64,000 nucleotides of DNA, taken from the NCBI RefSeq assembly GCF_036365525.1, contig NC_090388.1, forward strand, positions 38,323,062 to 38,387,061, written 5' to 3'. The translations under genes were made by a program, and so were the position numbers. The first letter of the stretch is position 1. Each line of letters opens with the position of its first letter. The notes under the pieces are model-generated. The model was not told the origin of the DNA. It did no database searches and saw only the letters and a program-made list of their open reading frames with translations. The stretch comes from Heterodontus francisci (taxonomy: Eukaryota). This document shows positions 33,301-45,834 of the stretch, piece by piece.

Positions 33301-35492
33301 TTGGTGGAAGGAATGGCATCATCTTTTAAAGGTAGAGTGGCTACTCCTTTAAAACTTCCCACTGTATCAAAACAATTCAGGTACATTTGTTTTAAGTCTT
33401 GTCTTGGATAGATTCAATGGGATCACACCTGTTTTGGACGTCTGTCCTTGGCACACTGCTGATCTCATGGACTGTCACAATTCAAAGCTCACTACATCCA
33501 ATTAGCCCTGCAACTGCTGGATCGTTCATATTGGCAATGTAGAATATTTGCTGTGACCATGAAGAGTTCCATACCTACATTCCAGCTTTAGTGTTCCCAT
33601 ATATTTGATTGGAGTATTGTTGTACACAATGAGTCTTGCATTTGTAGGTTGCATCATGGCTTCCCATCTTGCCAGGTACATGTTCTTCACTATTCTCAGT
33701 GGCAAAATATTTGCACTTGCCTCTGTATCGATCTTGAGTCGCAGTTTGTACTGTCCAGCTTTGGGCAAGTGATGTCATTGGTGATAAGTGCTTCCTGCTG
33801 AGTAACTGAGTCCACCTGCTGGACAATTGTTACTGTGTGAAAAGGTTGCTCACTATCAGTGGTCTCTATGTTATACACATCTGTGTTGATCTCGTGGACA
33901 TGTCTACATTTGGATTGGCCTCTTCTGAATGTATCTCTGTTCCTCTCACAAGGTAGTGTTTGTTTCTTGTCAGGTCATGGTCTGCTGTGACTTCTGGCCA
34001 GTTTTCCAGTTATAGACCTCTTGCACAGCCTCGCCCAGTGTCCTTTCTTACCACACACCAAGCAGTTCTCCATGTAAGTGGTACAATTTCTCGGTTGGTG
34101 TACCAGTCCACACTTGCCACATATTTGGCTTGCTGAGGTGATCTGGTTACCTCACCTATGGACGTTGTTCTAAGTGCTCGTATACACTGCATACTTGCGG
34201 CAATGGCCTCAAATTTCCTGCCTTCTATCAGGAGACTTTTTATATCATATCCTTTTGCTTCATTTAGTAGTTCTTTCTGAAAAACTTCTATCAGGGTAGA
34301 TACAATGACTAATTCCATGAACTTTCCAGATAATTCCAATTCCAAAAATTCACAGACCTTTCCTTTTTCGTGGCATCGGCTTATGAACTGATCAATGGTC
34401 TCCTTCAATTGCTGCCTGTATGCCATTAGTTCAAGACGATGAATTCAAACATTAATCTTGACCTTCAGCTGGTTCTCTAGTGTAGTCCAGAGTCTTGCTG
34501 GCTCCCTCAGGTCTGCTTCAGATAATCTCAAGGTGTTGATCTGATGCAGCCCTCATTGCTGATCATGATTTTTATTTTGATCACTTGCTTGTCCAGCTCA
34601 GTGACAGCTAAATCCAAGAAATACAATTCCATGCATTTCCTGAAAAGCTGGAATTCATGGAGAATGTTGGGCTTTCCAGTTCATTGACGGATATTTGGTA
34701 GTCATGGTGCCAAATTACTGGTCAGCAAGAATCCGAGGCTGGAGCTTTCCCCTTTAAATGACTCCCTCTTTCTTTTTGAGGCTTTTCCTGAAGAGAAAGA
34801 AAATGCAAGTCTCCTGTGTGCACAGCGTCAGACTTCAGCCACACCCTGTGTTCAGTGCCTGCAACGCAGGCTTTCTGCCTGTGGTCGGGAGACTCTGCCG
34901 AAGAAGCGGTTATGGCGATGCTGCTCCACTGCCCCAAAGTGAACTGACTGTGCTTGCCTTTCCCAAACCCGATTCTTGCTTTGTCTCACTGACAAGCATC
35001 AAAATAACAACTCCCTTTATGTAGTCACTCACTCTTGAGCACCAAATTCAGTGGATGATCGCCGAGCCTGACAGTGTTGTGCCATCTCCGTTACCGCCGA
35101 TGGACTTCAACGGGAGAAATCGCTGTTCCCGAGGAACACCGCTGCTGAGCCTCTCTACAGTACTGCTACTTCGATGCATCCTGCTAACTCCACGCTGTGG
35201 TCTTCAACTACACCTCAATGCTACCAGATGTGAATGGTGTGCCCAGAACTCAAAAAGCTGCAGATACCACAAGCTGCCACCATATTGTGTTATTGCCTTC
35301 TTCAGAAATAAGGTACCAAACAATCTTGAGTTGAAAGGTAATCAAGGAGTGGGTTCTTTATTGTTAAGTAGCACATTTACAAGAGAGCTCAAGATGACGA
35401 ACACAACTTCAGCTGAGCTATCACATGTTGGTTGATGTCATTTCCTGTGATGATGTGTGAAGTACTCAGACTGTTAAAGTGGTATCACAGCA
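30384..35492 (-). mobile_element. Full-length decayed Gypsy LTR retrotransposon (PR-RT-RH-IN order)
   Basis: LTRs 30384-30582 and 35286-35492; tRNA-Leu-like PBS TGGTGGCAGC next to the 5' LTR; PPT aggaaaagagg next to the 3' LTR; KIDT protease, VDD RT, EVDASLKGLG RNaseH, HLGHMG..YWPG and ATDLF integrase. Confidence 0.95.
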
Positions 35493-38044
35493 AAATCATG
35501 GCAAAGCAAAAGGATAACTATGATGACAATAATTCAGTTGTGAATCCCCCATAAGGAATATGTCAAGCACTCATGCAAAATATCTTCCTATAATTTCCAA
35601 AATTGCTCTAATAACAAACTCATCCACCTCATTAGATCCTGGCTTTTAACATAACCACACTTTCTGCCCTTCTCTGATCTTCACATGATATCTTTTGCCA
35701 TCTTAAATTCAGTACAATGCAAAATTACAAATAAATGTGTCATGAATATTAGCATGATTTTCAATGCTGCTTTACCCTTGTGCCAGTTTAGATGTCATGT
35801 GTGACATTTAAATTTCTACTGCTTTTTCAAAGCTTCTTAATGATAGAAGCAGCTGTAGTGGGTTGCTGCAGGGTATCATTGCAAGTCTGTTGAAGTTCCT
35901 GCGGCACAACACCTCTATTTGTGAGGCAGCCATATTGGCCTGTCTATTGCATAGTGATGGTGAACAGAAGAGCCAACTGCCCAACCCTTGAAGTATTATG
36001 CATACCTCTGCTGGAAGACATTGCCTCAAAGTGCACAGTGATCTGTTTGAGGCACGTGCGGTCATCTATGAGATGCTCGAATCCTTACCTCAAGTTTGTG
36101 TGAAACCAGCCCCAAGCAAGTAGAATGTATTTTGTAGGTTTCTCCCCATGCCTTCTATTCAAATGCAAGTATTTGAACATTCATGAAAGATGCTCCCACA
36201 GTGCCCAAGGCCAGCAGATGTCACATGTACTACCAAAGACACCATGGCATACTGCTTTTCCTCCACTGTTGAACGTTATAGTAATGGATTCGTCCTCATG
36301 GTTTCCCAGACTGTGCAACATGTTTCCCATGGAATTAAAGGGTTCAGGTAGATGATCTTACTCAAATAACACTCTTCATTTAGATGCAGGCCCTGTGAGG
36401 TCTGAAACCTTAGGTGCTGCAGCAGGGACAGGTTCCATACTGCACCTCCACCTAGCAGGTACCATGGCTGGAATTCTACATTGGGCAGGAAGCCCCACCC
36501 ACCAGTCAAAAATACCAAGAATGTGACAGACTATTTTTGTGCACCCAGGAGTAAGACGCCTACTTTGAGACAATGCACCTGAGGTAGCTGTTCCTGTGTG
36601 AATTTAACAGATATCTTGGTCTCTCTTGAACAAGAATTTAACTTTAGAGAAAAAAATGAAATTTATCCTCTATTTCTATGGCTAAGGATGATGGGTTCAT
36701 TTAACAAAATTGTATCACAAATAATATAAATGCAAAAAAATTGTCACGAAATCATGGCTATCGTATTATCAATGATGGATCAACCAGCAACTCAATCGTG
36801 GTCAGGATGGTGATCCAGAAAAAAGCTCATAATGATTTTATTGCTAATTTGAAGGCGGTCGCGTTCTTGTTGGAAGTACAGCATTCCTTCTGCAGCTCAT
36901 TACTGCAAATCATTTGAATTCTGGAGTACAATGTCACCTGCTCTGTAATCTGATTACTTTATGGTGGAATTAGAATGTATATTTAATGTATAAGGGTTTT
37001 AATCTTGGTGAAAATAATTTTAAGGAACTATGATAGGCTGCTCATATGTCTGCCAGATATGTCAGTAACATGCTAATGAATGACAGTTGATTTATGTATC
37101 TGAATTCTTTTATTTATAAAAATAGCAAGTGGTCTGATTTTTTATATTAATAATACAAGTGAATCCACTTTGATTAGACTTCTGTGAAGAGCTGTGCATA
37201 TTCAGCATTACAATTAAATCTTATGATGTGGAATGGGAATGACATGCTAATGAAGCAAGCCACTGAGCCTGAACCAAGAATGTCCAACATCATTACTGGA
37301 TATCTTAGATGAAGAGTAATTATATGAGGAACGCTGAAATGGCATTAAAAATACTCAGTAAATGATTTAACCTGGTTCTTCATACTAATGTCTGATTTTA
37401 CCAGGTAGCTTCTTCAAGAAGTTGCTTCTTTAAAAAGTTGCAGAAAAAGCTTTTCAATGTTTCTGGGTTTAAGGAGGAGATGGACTTATGTTTCTTAATT
37501 AAATTTTGTGCATCAAAATTCAGCTGTGGTATGTAATTGAAATCTCTTTTTAATAAATTCAGATGAATTGGCAATTACGCTGTGATCCGATTTCCATTAA
37601 ATTTATTGAAATTGATAGTGGAGATCCTTGAAAAAATGTATTCTTGTCACTGGCATTAACATGATGAATTTAGACTAAGTGATTTTGTCAGATAATACCA
37701 CATATTCCTTGTTTATTTATGAGAATTCCATTTAAGGAAGTTCATTGGAAGTAGATTTTTATACACATTCAGAGCAGCCGTCATAAATTGTGAAACTAAA
37801 TGACAATGACAGGGACAACATTCTTCACTTTGAATTTTAGCAAAAAAGTTGACACATACTATTGGATATATGCAGGAATGGACTACTCTGAAGTTTTTGG
37901 AGAAGGGTTTTAAAAAAGTCTCAAAAAAGGAAAATCTTATTTTCACTTGTTCAGGTTACTTATAATGATGAACTTGTACTGAGTTCCAGAGCTTCAGTGG
38001 CTTCTTCATTTTGGGTCAAATCTGGAGTTTGTGACCATAATTAA
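35493..38044 (+). pseudogene. Pneumovirus-like L polymerase, segment 5 (capping, connector, methyltransferase, C-terminal domain)
   Basis: SCESP vs PCEFP; LDPGF*HNHTFCPSL vs IDIVFQNCISFGLSL; LLNVIVMDSSSW (36266-36301) vs LLCVLELIDSSYW; RIINDGSTSNS (36762-) vs RIIDHSGNTAKS; FCSS..CK vs FSSTGCK; LGEN vs YGEN; VEWE*H vs IEWSKH; YNDELVLS...G..HN* vs YLSELLNS...G..YN. Stop at 38042-38044. Confidence 0.85.
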
Positions 38045-38068
38045 AGGGGAGGCTCTAAAGTTTCACCA

Positions 38069-38081
38069 TAGCCGTTAAAAA
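38069..38081 (+). terminator. Possible viral L gene-end signal
   Basis: AGCCGTTAAAAA lies about 25 nt after the L stop and is three transitions away from AGTTATTAAAAA. Confidence 0.35.
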
Positions 38082-39399
38082 GTGAATAGTACACAGGGAG
38101 CTTTTGGTCCAAGATTATGGCATAGCAGTTATTAGTGGGGATATTACAATAAAGCAGTAAGCAGGCTGGGAGTACAAAAAGCATAACTGTAGCAGGTACT
38201 CCACCAGTTCAATGTTCTACTGCAACAGAATCAGCTATCTGGGAAGAGTAAAGGCACAAAATATGTGAAGCTTTAGCTTATCAGGGGGAGCATGAATAAA
38301 GTGTCCCACCTAAACCATTAAGACCTGCAGAGATGACCAGAAATCTACCATGTATTACTAGTGTCAATACAAGTCAACTCTGCCCTCAACTTTTATGCCA
38401 TAGGGAATCTTCCTGTGATCCACAGGTAACATCACAGAGGACAGACACATTAGGACTCCCTTTGCAGCCAGGCTAAGTTTCGGCTTTATGGCCTCGCTCT
38501 TAGAGCAAAGCTGAAGTGCAGTGAGCTGAATTCCTGCTGGAGAAGGGGTGTTGGTATGCGACTAGGAATGCCAGTCAAAAATGAAGTGAAAAGAAATCCA
38601 ACATAGATGCTTAAAATGGAGTGTGAAGGCAAATGATGGAGCAGTACAGCATTCAGTGTGGGGGGCACGTATGACAGAAGGCGTCCTCATTTGATGTCAA
38701 TCACTTCTTAGTCACATTAGTGCCCTGGAAAATCTTATTAATGAGGCACATATGCCTAAACATGCCTGGCTCTACTTTTACCCTCCCTGACTTCTCAGTT
38801 TCTTCTTTATCCTTTGATCCTACACAGGACCAGATAAGGCATGACATATTTATCTCCCACTAATGCACTTTTCCTTAGCACTGTGCTATCTGGCTCCCTT
38901 CTCTTTGGTAAGGAATGTTCTGTTTAAATAAATCTTATTCATGGTTTTCATTAGTTTCAATTCCCAGCCATTTCCAAGCATTCAGTTTGACTCCTGAGTC
39001 CATTATATTGGACATCTTGAATCCAGAACACCATTTTGAGAACATATTCCAAGCAATTTTACAGGACATTTTCTATACAATGCTTTGCTGGTACTCAATG
39101 AGACAGTGACTTAAGTTGGAGATCAAATAAAAGATAATTTTGCTACTGACTCTGGTCAGGGCTCCTACTTCTCCATGCTCACTTTATTTTTCAGCCTTTC
39201 CTCCCTGGACCCATAGCACTACAATCTCACCTGTGACTGTAATTATGGTGTATTTTCTCTCCTTGTTCTTGCTTTCTTCTAGTGCTTGATATAGTTAGCC
39301 ACATAATCTTCCTCTAATAGCACTCCTCTGTTGTCCAACACTGTGAGACTGCCCTTGCATGATTCCATTTCCACTTCTCCAACATAGCCAGTGTATCTC

Positions 39400-40000
39400 C
39401 AGGTTTCTCTTCACACCTGCAGCATTACATCTGGAGACCCAAAAGGTTTATCCTTGGTCTCTTCCTCTTCTTTATCTAAGTGCTATTGGTTGTGAATTCA
39501 CCCACAGGTATCCAACTCTACCTCTGCACCACCTCTTTCAGCCCCATGCCCATCTCTGTGAAATTAGACTTTCTGACAACAAGTCCTGGATGTGTCACAT
39601 TTGGAAGAATGAAGCACCCTGTTGACCTCCAATCCCTTGCTACAGATTCCACAACCACTTGATCAGGCTGAACCAGATCGCACACACCCTTAATGTTCTA
39701 TGTTACCCTGAGCTTCAAAGCCAAGAAACTGACCATCACTAAGAGCACTTATTTCCACCTCTGCAACATCTCCTGCCTCCACCACTGAAACTTTCATTCA
39801 CACTTTTTTCAGCTTCTGATCTTGCACTCTCCAAAACCTCCAATTTATCCAAAATGCCTCAATCACTCCCATCCACACTGATCTCCATTGGCACCTTGTC
39901 ACCCAATGTATTTATTTTCAAGTCCTTTTATCATTTTGCTTGCCTCGATGCTTTATATCCCCTTATGCATCCTTAGGTCCTGACTCTGGAGTTTAGTGTA
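39400..40000 (+). mobile_element. Highly decayed L2-like LINE
   Basis: Pyrimidine-rich text with L2 ORF2-type phrases (atttccacctctgcaacatc; ctccattggc..cccaatg..ttttcaagtcc). Confidence 0.5.
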
Positions 40001-40609
40001 TTCCCACTCTCCTAAGGAAGCCACGTAGCACCTGAAATACAGGCACTCTGCAACCCAGTTTCTAGGCCTATATGTGGCCTACAAGACTCTATGGAACAAA
40101 CCTATATGACCCAAAAAGACAAAAGATTAGACACTCCTGCTTTACAATGATATTTCTGCACCTACATTGTACAATTTCTTCTGACCCTCCAGCTATGTCC
40201 TCGAGAGTTGTTGACAGTGAGTTCACTCATTAAGTGATATATTGCTATGCTTGGCACCTCTTTCATCTATTTGAGGATCTTCCTTTTCACCATCTCATGA
40301 AAAACCTACTTGTTTTATCTGCATACCAAAGATCACGAGCCTGTGAGGGGACTGGCTGCCAATTTACTTTTACAAACTTTCCCTTGAACCATTTTGCTCA
40401 GAAATTCCAGTCAATGGGATTAACAATTTTTTGACATTGATTGTTGGACTAACTGACTCATTAGCTTCTCAAGAGGTATTAAAGGATCATTGTTGCAGAT
40501 GTCTTGTGATTGGCTGCTGGTTTTCTTTTGTTGCTGTTAAGGAATTCCACTCTCAAGAATTGTATACTTTAAAGCTGTGTTTTCATGCAATTTTATAATG
40601 AAAAACAAC

Positions 40610-41115
40610 GGGACCAATTTTAACCCCTTGCTCCTGATGGTAACAGGATACAGGGGGTTAAAATATTGGCAGCAAGGTACTCACCTTGTTTGCACTACAC
40701 TTGATACCTGCGCCATTTTAACAGGAGCATTCTGGGCAGCATCAGAAGCCCTCACCCCAGGCTGCTGAGGGACACATTAAAATGGAAGAGTCAACATCTG
40801 ACATCATTCGAATTTGAACTCAATTTTAGCGTGTTGTGTGTTCAGTACCTGATCTCAGCCTCGCCAGCAGCAGGCCCAGAAGGTGACCAAGAAAGCCAGG
40901 AGCAAAAGTGCTCCTCTGGGCCCACAAGGAAACATTGGCCTCTCCTTACCTGTGGCTAATACCTCCCCTGACCATGTCCACCTGCCAACCCCCTCACTGA
41001 TGCATTGACAGGTAACCAAGGTAATGAAGCATGGGAGTTAAAATGACCTGCACATCATATCAGTATGCTGGAGTGAGCCTTCCCCTCGCCCCACCAGTTC
41101 GAGGTAAAATATTTC
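40610..41115. mobile_element. Decayed MITE-like relic
   Basis: Ends gggaccaattttaacc and ggtaaaatatttc loosely resemble the Harbinger-type TIRs. Confidence 0.35.
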
Positions 41116-44024
41116 TCTTCTTTTTCCAACAGAAGAGGGAAATCTAGCGCTACCCAGTTAATGATAATCACAAATATAATTGAAAATGCTTTGCTTCGTC
41201 ATTCATTTGTTTATACTTTGCAAGTATTGGAAATGTAAACATGTCTTTTGACTAGTAATCTTTTGCTACAAATTAAGCAATGAATATCCATGCAAAACGT
41301 ATTTCAGGACTTTGATGGGACAATGCCAAATCAATATGTTCCTAATCTGTAGCAACAATTGTGTATCAACAAATGATCTAACAATGTTTACACCAGAATA
41401 AGACCATGACAATGTAGTTCCTGGAACACAGGTTCAGCCAGGAAGACTTGTGCACCAAGTGCTCATACAAGATACACTTAGCTAAGAATCTGAGCCACCC
41501 CTTTCAAGGAATTCACCGTCCACGTTTACACAGTGAGATGACCAGAAACATTAACATCATCCTCTGCACTTCATCAATAATCATCAATACCCATCCTTTA
41601 CTGTGATGAAACCTTACTCTGTACAAACATTAAAGAAAATCTCAGCAAAAAAAAAAATCAAGTGCAGCCAATTTATTTTCTGTGATGTGTGAGTAATGTC
41701 AGTGTGCTGTGCCATGCTGTTTCCCCTTAGTGCTGGTGAATTGTGTGCAATAATTAAAGCTTAACCTATTAGTTCTTCCAAGTGATTTTGCTGCAGAAGG
41801 TGTAAATATACTGACTGGCTGCAGAATTTCTGTAACGTGTATATGGCATTGTGGTGGCCCTAGATTTCCTTGGGCAATGTGTTGCAATAAACTGTAACTG
41901 ATTCATCAAGGTTTGCTGCTGCAATAGCTCATTGGTCCTGACTTTTCTTTGGCATATTAAATGTCAGTTGAACTGAATGTGGCATTGCCAAGAGTCAACT
42001 GCCTAATCTATGCCTACTGCAGACTAGCACTCCCTCAACACATCCACTGATCTGTGTAGGAGCAGAAATTTGGGCAGCAATGAGGTTTATGAATTCCTGC
42101 CACAAGGTTCTCAGTCCAATCACGTAGCATGTTGAAATTGTAGAACAGAGCCTCCTTTAGACCTTATCCTGTCTGACATTAAATTAACATGTATCATGAA
42201 GCTAGATAGATTGGCTCACAAAGATTTCTTTTTTTTTGTGTGAAATCCCTTGAAAATTCCTGGGGGCCCACAGTTTAAGTTTTACAATTGCTGTTTGTAC
42301 TTTGTGATATGCTTAATTGGGAGCAGGTAATTGGCAGTTGAAAAGGTATGTTACCCTTATCTTGCAAGTGTCAGTTTGTCTCAGTTAGTAATATTATTGC
42401 CTCCAAGTCAGAAAGTTGTGGGTTTGTCATTTTTTTTAAAAATTGCTTCCATACTGTAATTGGATGTAAAAGAAAAGACATGAACTAAAACTAGAGAAAA
42501 ATAACCTTTTGTTATACAAGCATAATCAAAAAGACTAACTCTTAATTTAAAATCCTTAAATTCTGATTTTTCTTCTAATGTATAAAATTTTTGGCACTGT
42601 AGCTGTAAAAAGTATTGTGACTAACCAGGGACAATTGTAGCTGCGTTAACATAAATAATGGTCCTTGAAAGGAGATCATTTCATCTTGCCAGAAGCCTTA
42701 CTTGTGAGGGCAGAGCTTCTGTCTGCCTCTTTCAAGGCCAGTTATGTTGATGGAGATTGGACAGGGGCGAGGGACTCGCTTTGCTGAAGGTTCCCATTTC
42801 CTCAATTCAAAGGACACAACATAAGTTTGGAGACTAGTCTGCCCAGTGAGATGAGGTGTATCAGTCTCCAGGAGTGAGCCCAATGATAAGAAACCAAGAC
42901 CAGAAAATGTCTTGAACCAATGAAGAAGTTAAGTAATTAAAACATTTAATATTGGCCTTCTTACACACGTGTCCATGGAGGTTACGGTATACATTGGATC
43001 TCCAAAGCATTGCTTCCCCAATGTCAAACAGACACCAGAGTTTCTAGTAGCATGAGGCAGATGGGCACTTGCCAGCATGGGTGCCTATTGATCTCATATG
43101 TGCAGGATCAGCACTGGAGTGTACTGGTGGATTTTGTTGCTTCGTAACTGCCAGAAATTTGGCAGGCAGATTCTCCAGGCCACAATTTCTAAAGCTAGTT
43201 CAAATGGGAATATTTATAGTACATGTAGTCAGCCAGTGCTGTCAGAAGATGGAGCAGCTTCAGCCACATCCAATTCCACATCATTATGAGCAAAGACAAA
43301 AGCCATCTACTTTTAGAAAAATACTATTTAGTTCCTTGAACAGAGCTTTTCACTTTGTTTTCCTCTATCTTCCCTAACTTATAGTACAAATCTTAATGCC
43401 TAGAGTGACCTTTGTATCCTCAATAATATTAGTCATGTTGAAATTCAAAGGCTTTGTAAAGGACTTTTCATTGGTTTGAATTCATATCTCTCTGAGCCCA
43501 GAATATTTCTTTTTCATGCAGGCTACACAATTTCTCTCATATGCTCTGTATTGCTTTGTAGATGTCAAACCTAATTACTAATTCATCTTGTTTCAGTGAA
43601 CTGGACATAACAAAACCACTTTACATTGCAGTGTGCCTGCCAGAAGCCCATAATTTTCACCTATGTCTTAAAAAAACCTCCAGATCCCAAATAATTTATA
43701 TTTAATACATAGATGACTCTGACAATGTTTATTTCATATCACAAATTCACTTTTACTATGACTGTATGGTAGAAACATATTTCATAGGTGTTTACATTAG
43801 CTTACAGTGTTTCAGCCATTGTTTGCTTTGGAGGGTTCTTTGTGAATAGTAATAATGTTTGGTGGGTATTTGCTAAAATCTAAATCAAAGAAAACTGGAA
43901 AGATCAACAAAGTATAGCATGTTTCTAAAAAGTGATTGTTGCTACTGAATGAACAGAAAAAGGGGTTACATGTTTTAATGAACAGCTTGTCCGCTATTAA
44001 AAATTACTCATTTAAAAAGACCAC

Positions 44025-44850
44025 CACTACCAACAGATTGCATCTATAGTGCACATTTAACATAGAAAATGTCCCAAGGTGCTTCACAGGTGCATAATAT
44101 GACAAAAATTGACACTAATCGCCAGAGCTGGCGGGCAGCCATAAAGACAGGGCTAAATTGTGGCGAGTCGAAGAGACTTAGTAGTTGGCAGGAAAAAAGA
44201 CAGAGGCGCAAGGGGAGAGCCAACTGTGCAACAGCCCCAACAAACAAATTTCTCTGCAGCACCTGTGGAAGAGCCTGTCACTCCAGAATTGGCCTTTATA
44301 GCCACTCCAGGCGCTGCTTCACAAACCACTGACCACCTCCAGGCGCGTATCCATTGTCTCTCGAGATAAGGAGGCCCAAAAGAAAGAATACAAAGAAGTA
44401 GATTTTGACAGGACTGACTAAAAACTTGGTCAAAGAGGTGACTTTTAAGGAAGGTCTTGGAGCAGGACAGAGAGCTGGAGAGGTTCAGCAAGAGAATTCT
44501 AGAGCTTGGTGTCCAGATGGCTGAAGGCACAGGCACCAATGATGGGGTAAAGGGAATACGGAATGTACAAGAGGGCATAGTTGTCAGCGGGGTGTAGAGC
44601 TGAAAGAGGTTACAGAGATAGGGAGAGGTAAGGCCATGGAGGGATTTGAACATGGGGTTGATAATCTTAAATTGAAGGCAGGAATCCAATGTAGTGCAGC
44701 TTCACAGGGATTATGAATGAGCGGATCTTGGTGTAAGTTGGGATATGGGCAGCAGACAGTTAGACGAGCTGAGTTTTAGAAGGTCAGAGAGCCAGGAGAG
44801 TGTATGAATAGTTTAGTCTGGAGATATTAAAGGCATGGATGAGGCTTTCA
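44025..44850 (-). mobile_element. L2-like LINE 3' fragment interrupted by an RTE fragment
   Basis: Minus strand reads MFKSLHGLTSPYL...KSHLFDQVF; homologous to 8036-8445. Confidence 0.8.
44118..44389 (+). mobile_element. RTE LINE 3' fragment
   Basis: RQSWRAAIK...CSTCGRACHSRIGLYSH plus the 3'UTR. Confidence 0.95.
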
Positions 44851-45157
44851 GCAACCAATTTTTCTAAGTAAGTGGAGTATTGCAACCAGTGACAAAGACC
44901 TACATAGGATAAATACTTCAAAAATAAAATGTGAGAAGCAATATTTCGGTTGTCTATATTTTAGAAATTCTGCCACATAGGAGGATGGGATTTTGACAGA
45001 ATTGTTCAAGTAGATAGGAATTTTGGGTAGAGCCTAAATTTTTCAGTTGCCAGTCCATTTAAAGTGAGTAGGAAACTTCAATCCTTCTTACTATTAAGAC
45101 AATCTTTAGAATGTCTTAGAATTTCCTTCATCGGCACAACTTAACACAAAACCTAGT

Positions 45158-45470
45158 CCGTCACTGTGAGAGTGCTGCACTGTGGACATGCTGTCTTTCA
45201 GATTAGATATCAAACCAATTAGATGTCTGCCCTCTTAGGTTGCCATAAAAGATCCTATGACAATATTTTGAAGAAATGCAGTGGAGTTCTCCCCAGTGTC
45301 CTGGCCAAAATCTATCCCTCAACCAACATCACTGGAACTGATTATCTTGTTATTATCTCATTGCTGTTTGTGGGTCCTTATTGTGCAAAAATTGTACTTC
45401 AGAAGTACTTGATTGGCTGTAAAGTACTTTGGGATATCCTGAGGTCATGAAAGGCACAAAATATATGTAA
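45158..45470 (+). mobile_element. Deu-domain SINE fragment
   Basis: gctgtctttcagat...tctgccctc...gttctccccagtgtcctggcc...ccctcaaccaacatc core. Confidence 0.8.
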
Positions 45471-45539
45471 TTTTTTTCCTTCTTTGTATTATCCACAACT
45501 GGGAGACACCATCACTTCTCTATCTTGCCATATATTCCA

Positions 45540-45810
45540 AGTAGGACAGAATTACAGAAAGGGGCCATTTGGTTCATTGTGCCTGTGCTGGCTCTTTGAT
45601 AGAGCTGTCCAATTTAGTCCCGCACCCCAGCTTTTTCCCATAACCCTGAAAATAAGTCCTCTTCAAGTACATGCCCAATTAACTTTTGAAATGTCGTATG
45701 GAATCTGCTTCCACCGTCCATTTAGGTAGTGTGTTCCAGATCTGAACAAACATCCCGTGTGAAAAAAATTTCTCCTCATTTCCCTTCTAGTTGTTTTGTC
45801 AATTATTTTA
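45540..45810 (-). mobile_element. CR1 3' end fragment
   Basis: Antisense CR1 3'UTR (ggccatt...ctgcttccacc...gttccagat...gtgaaaaaa). Confidence 0.7.
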
Positions 45811-45834
45811 AATCATGCTGTCCAGTGGTGTTGC

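Noticed and set aside
36750-36870. DGSTSNS read as a ZNF862/hAT transposase DGSTD motif
   Set aside because: No downstream hAT motifs; the segment fits collinearly with the L methyltransferase N-terminus.
42698-42883. Minus-strand ORF ending at a GTAAG donor-like site
   Set aside because: No clear acceptor and no recognisable protein; insufficient support.
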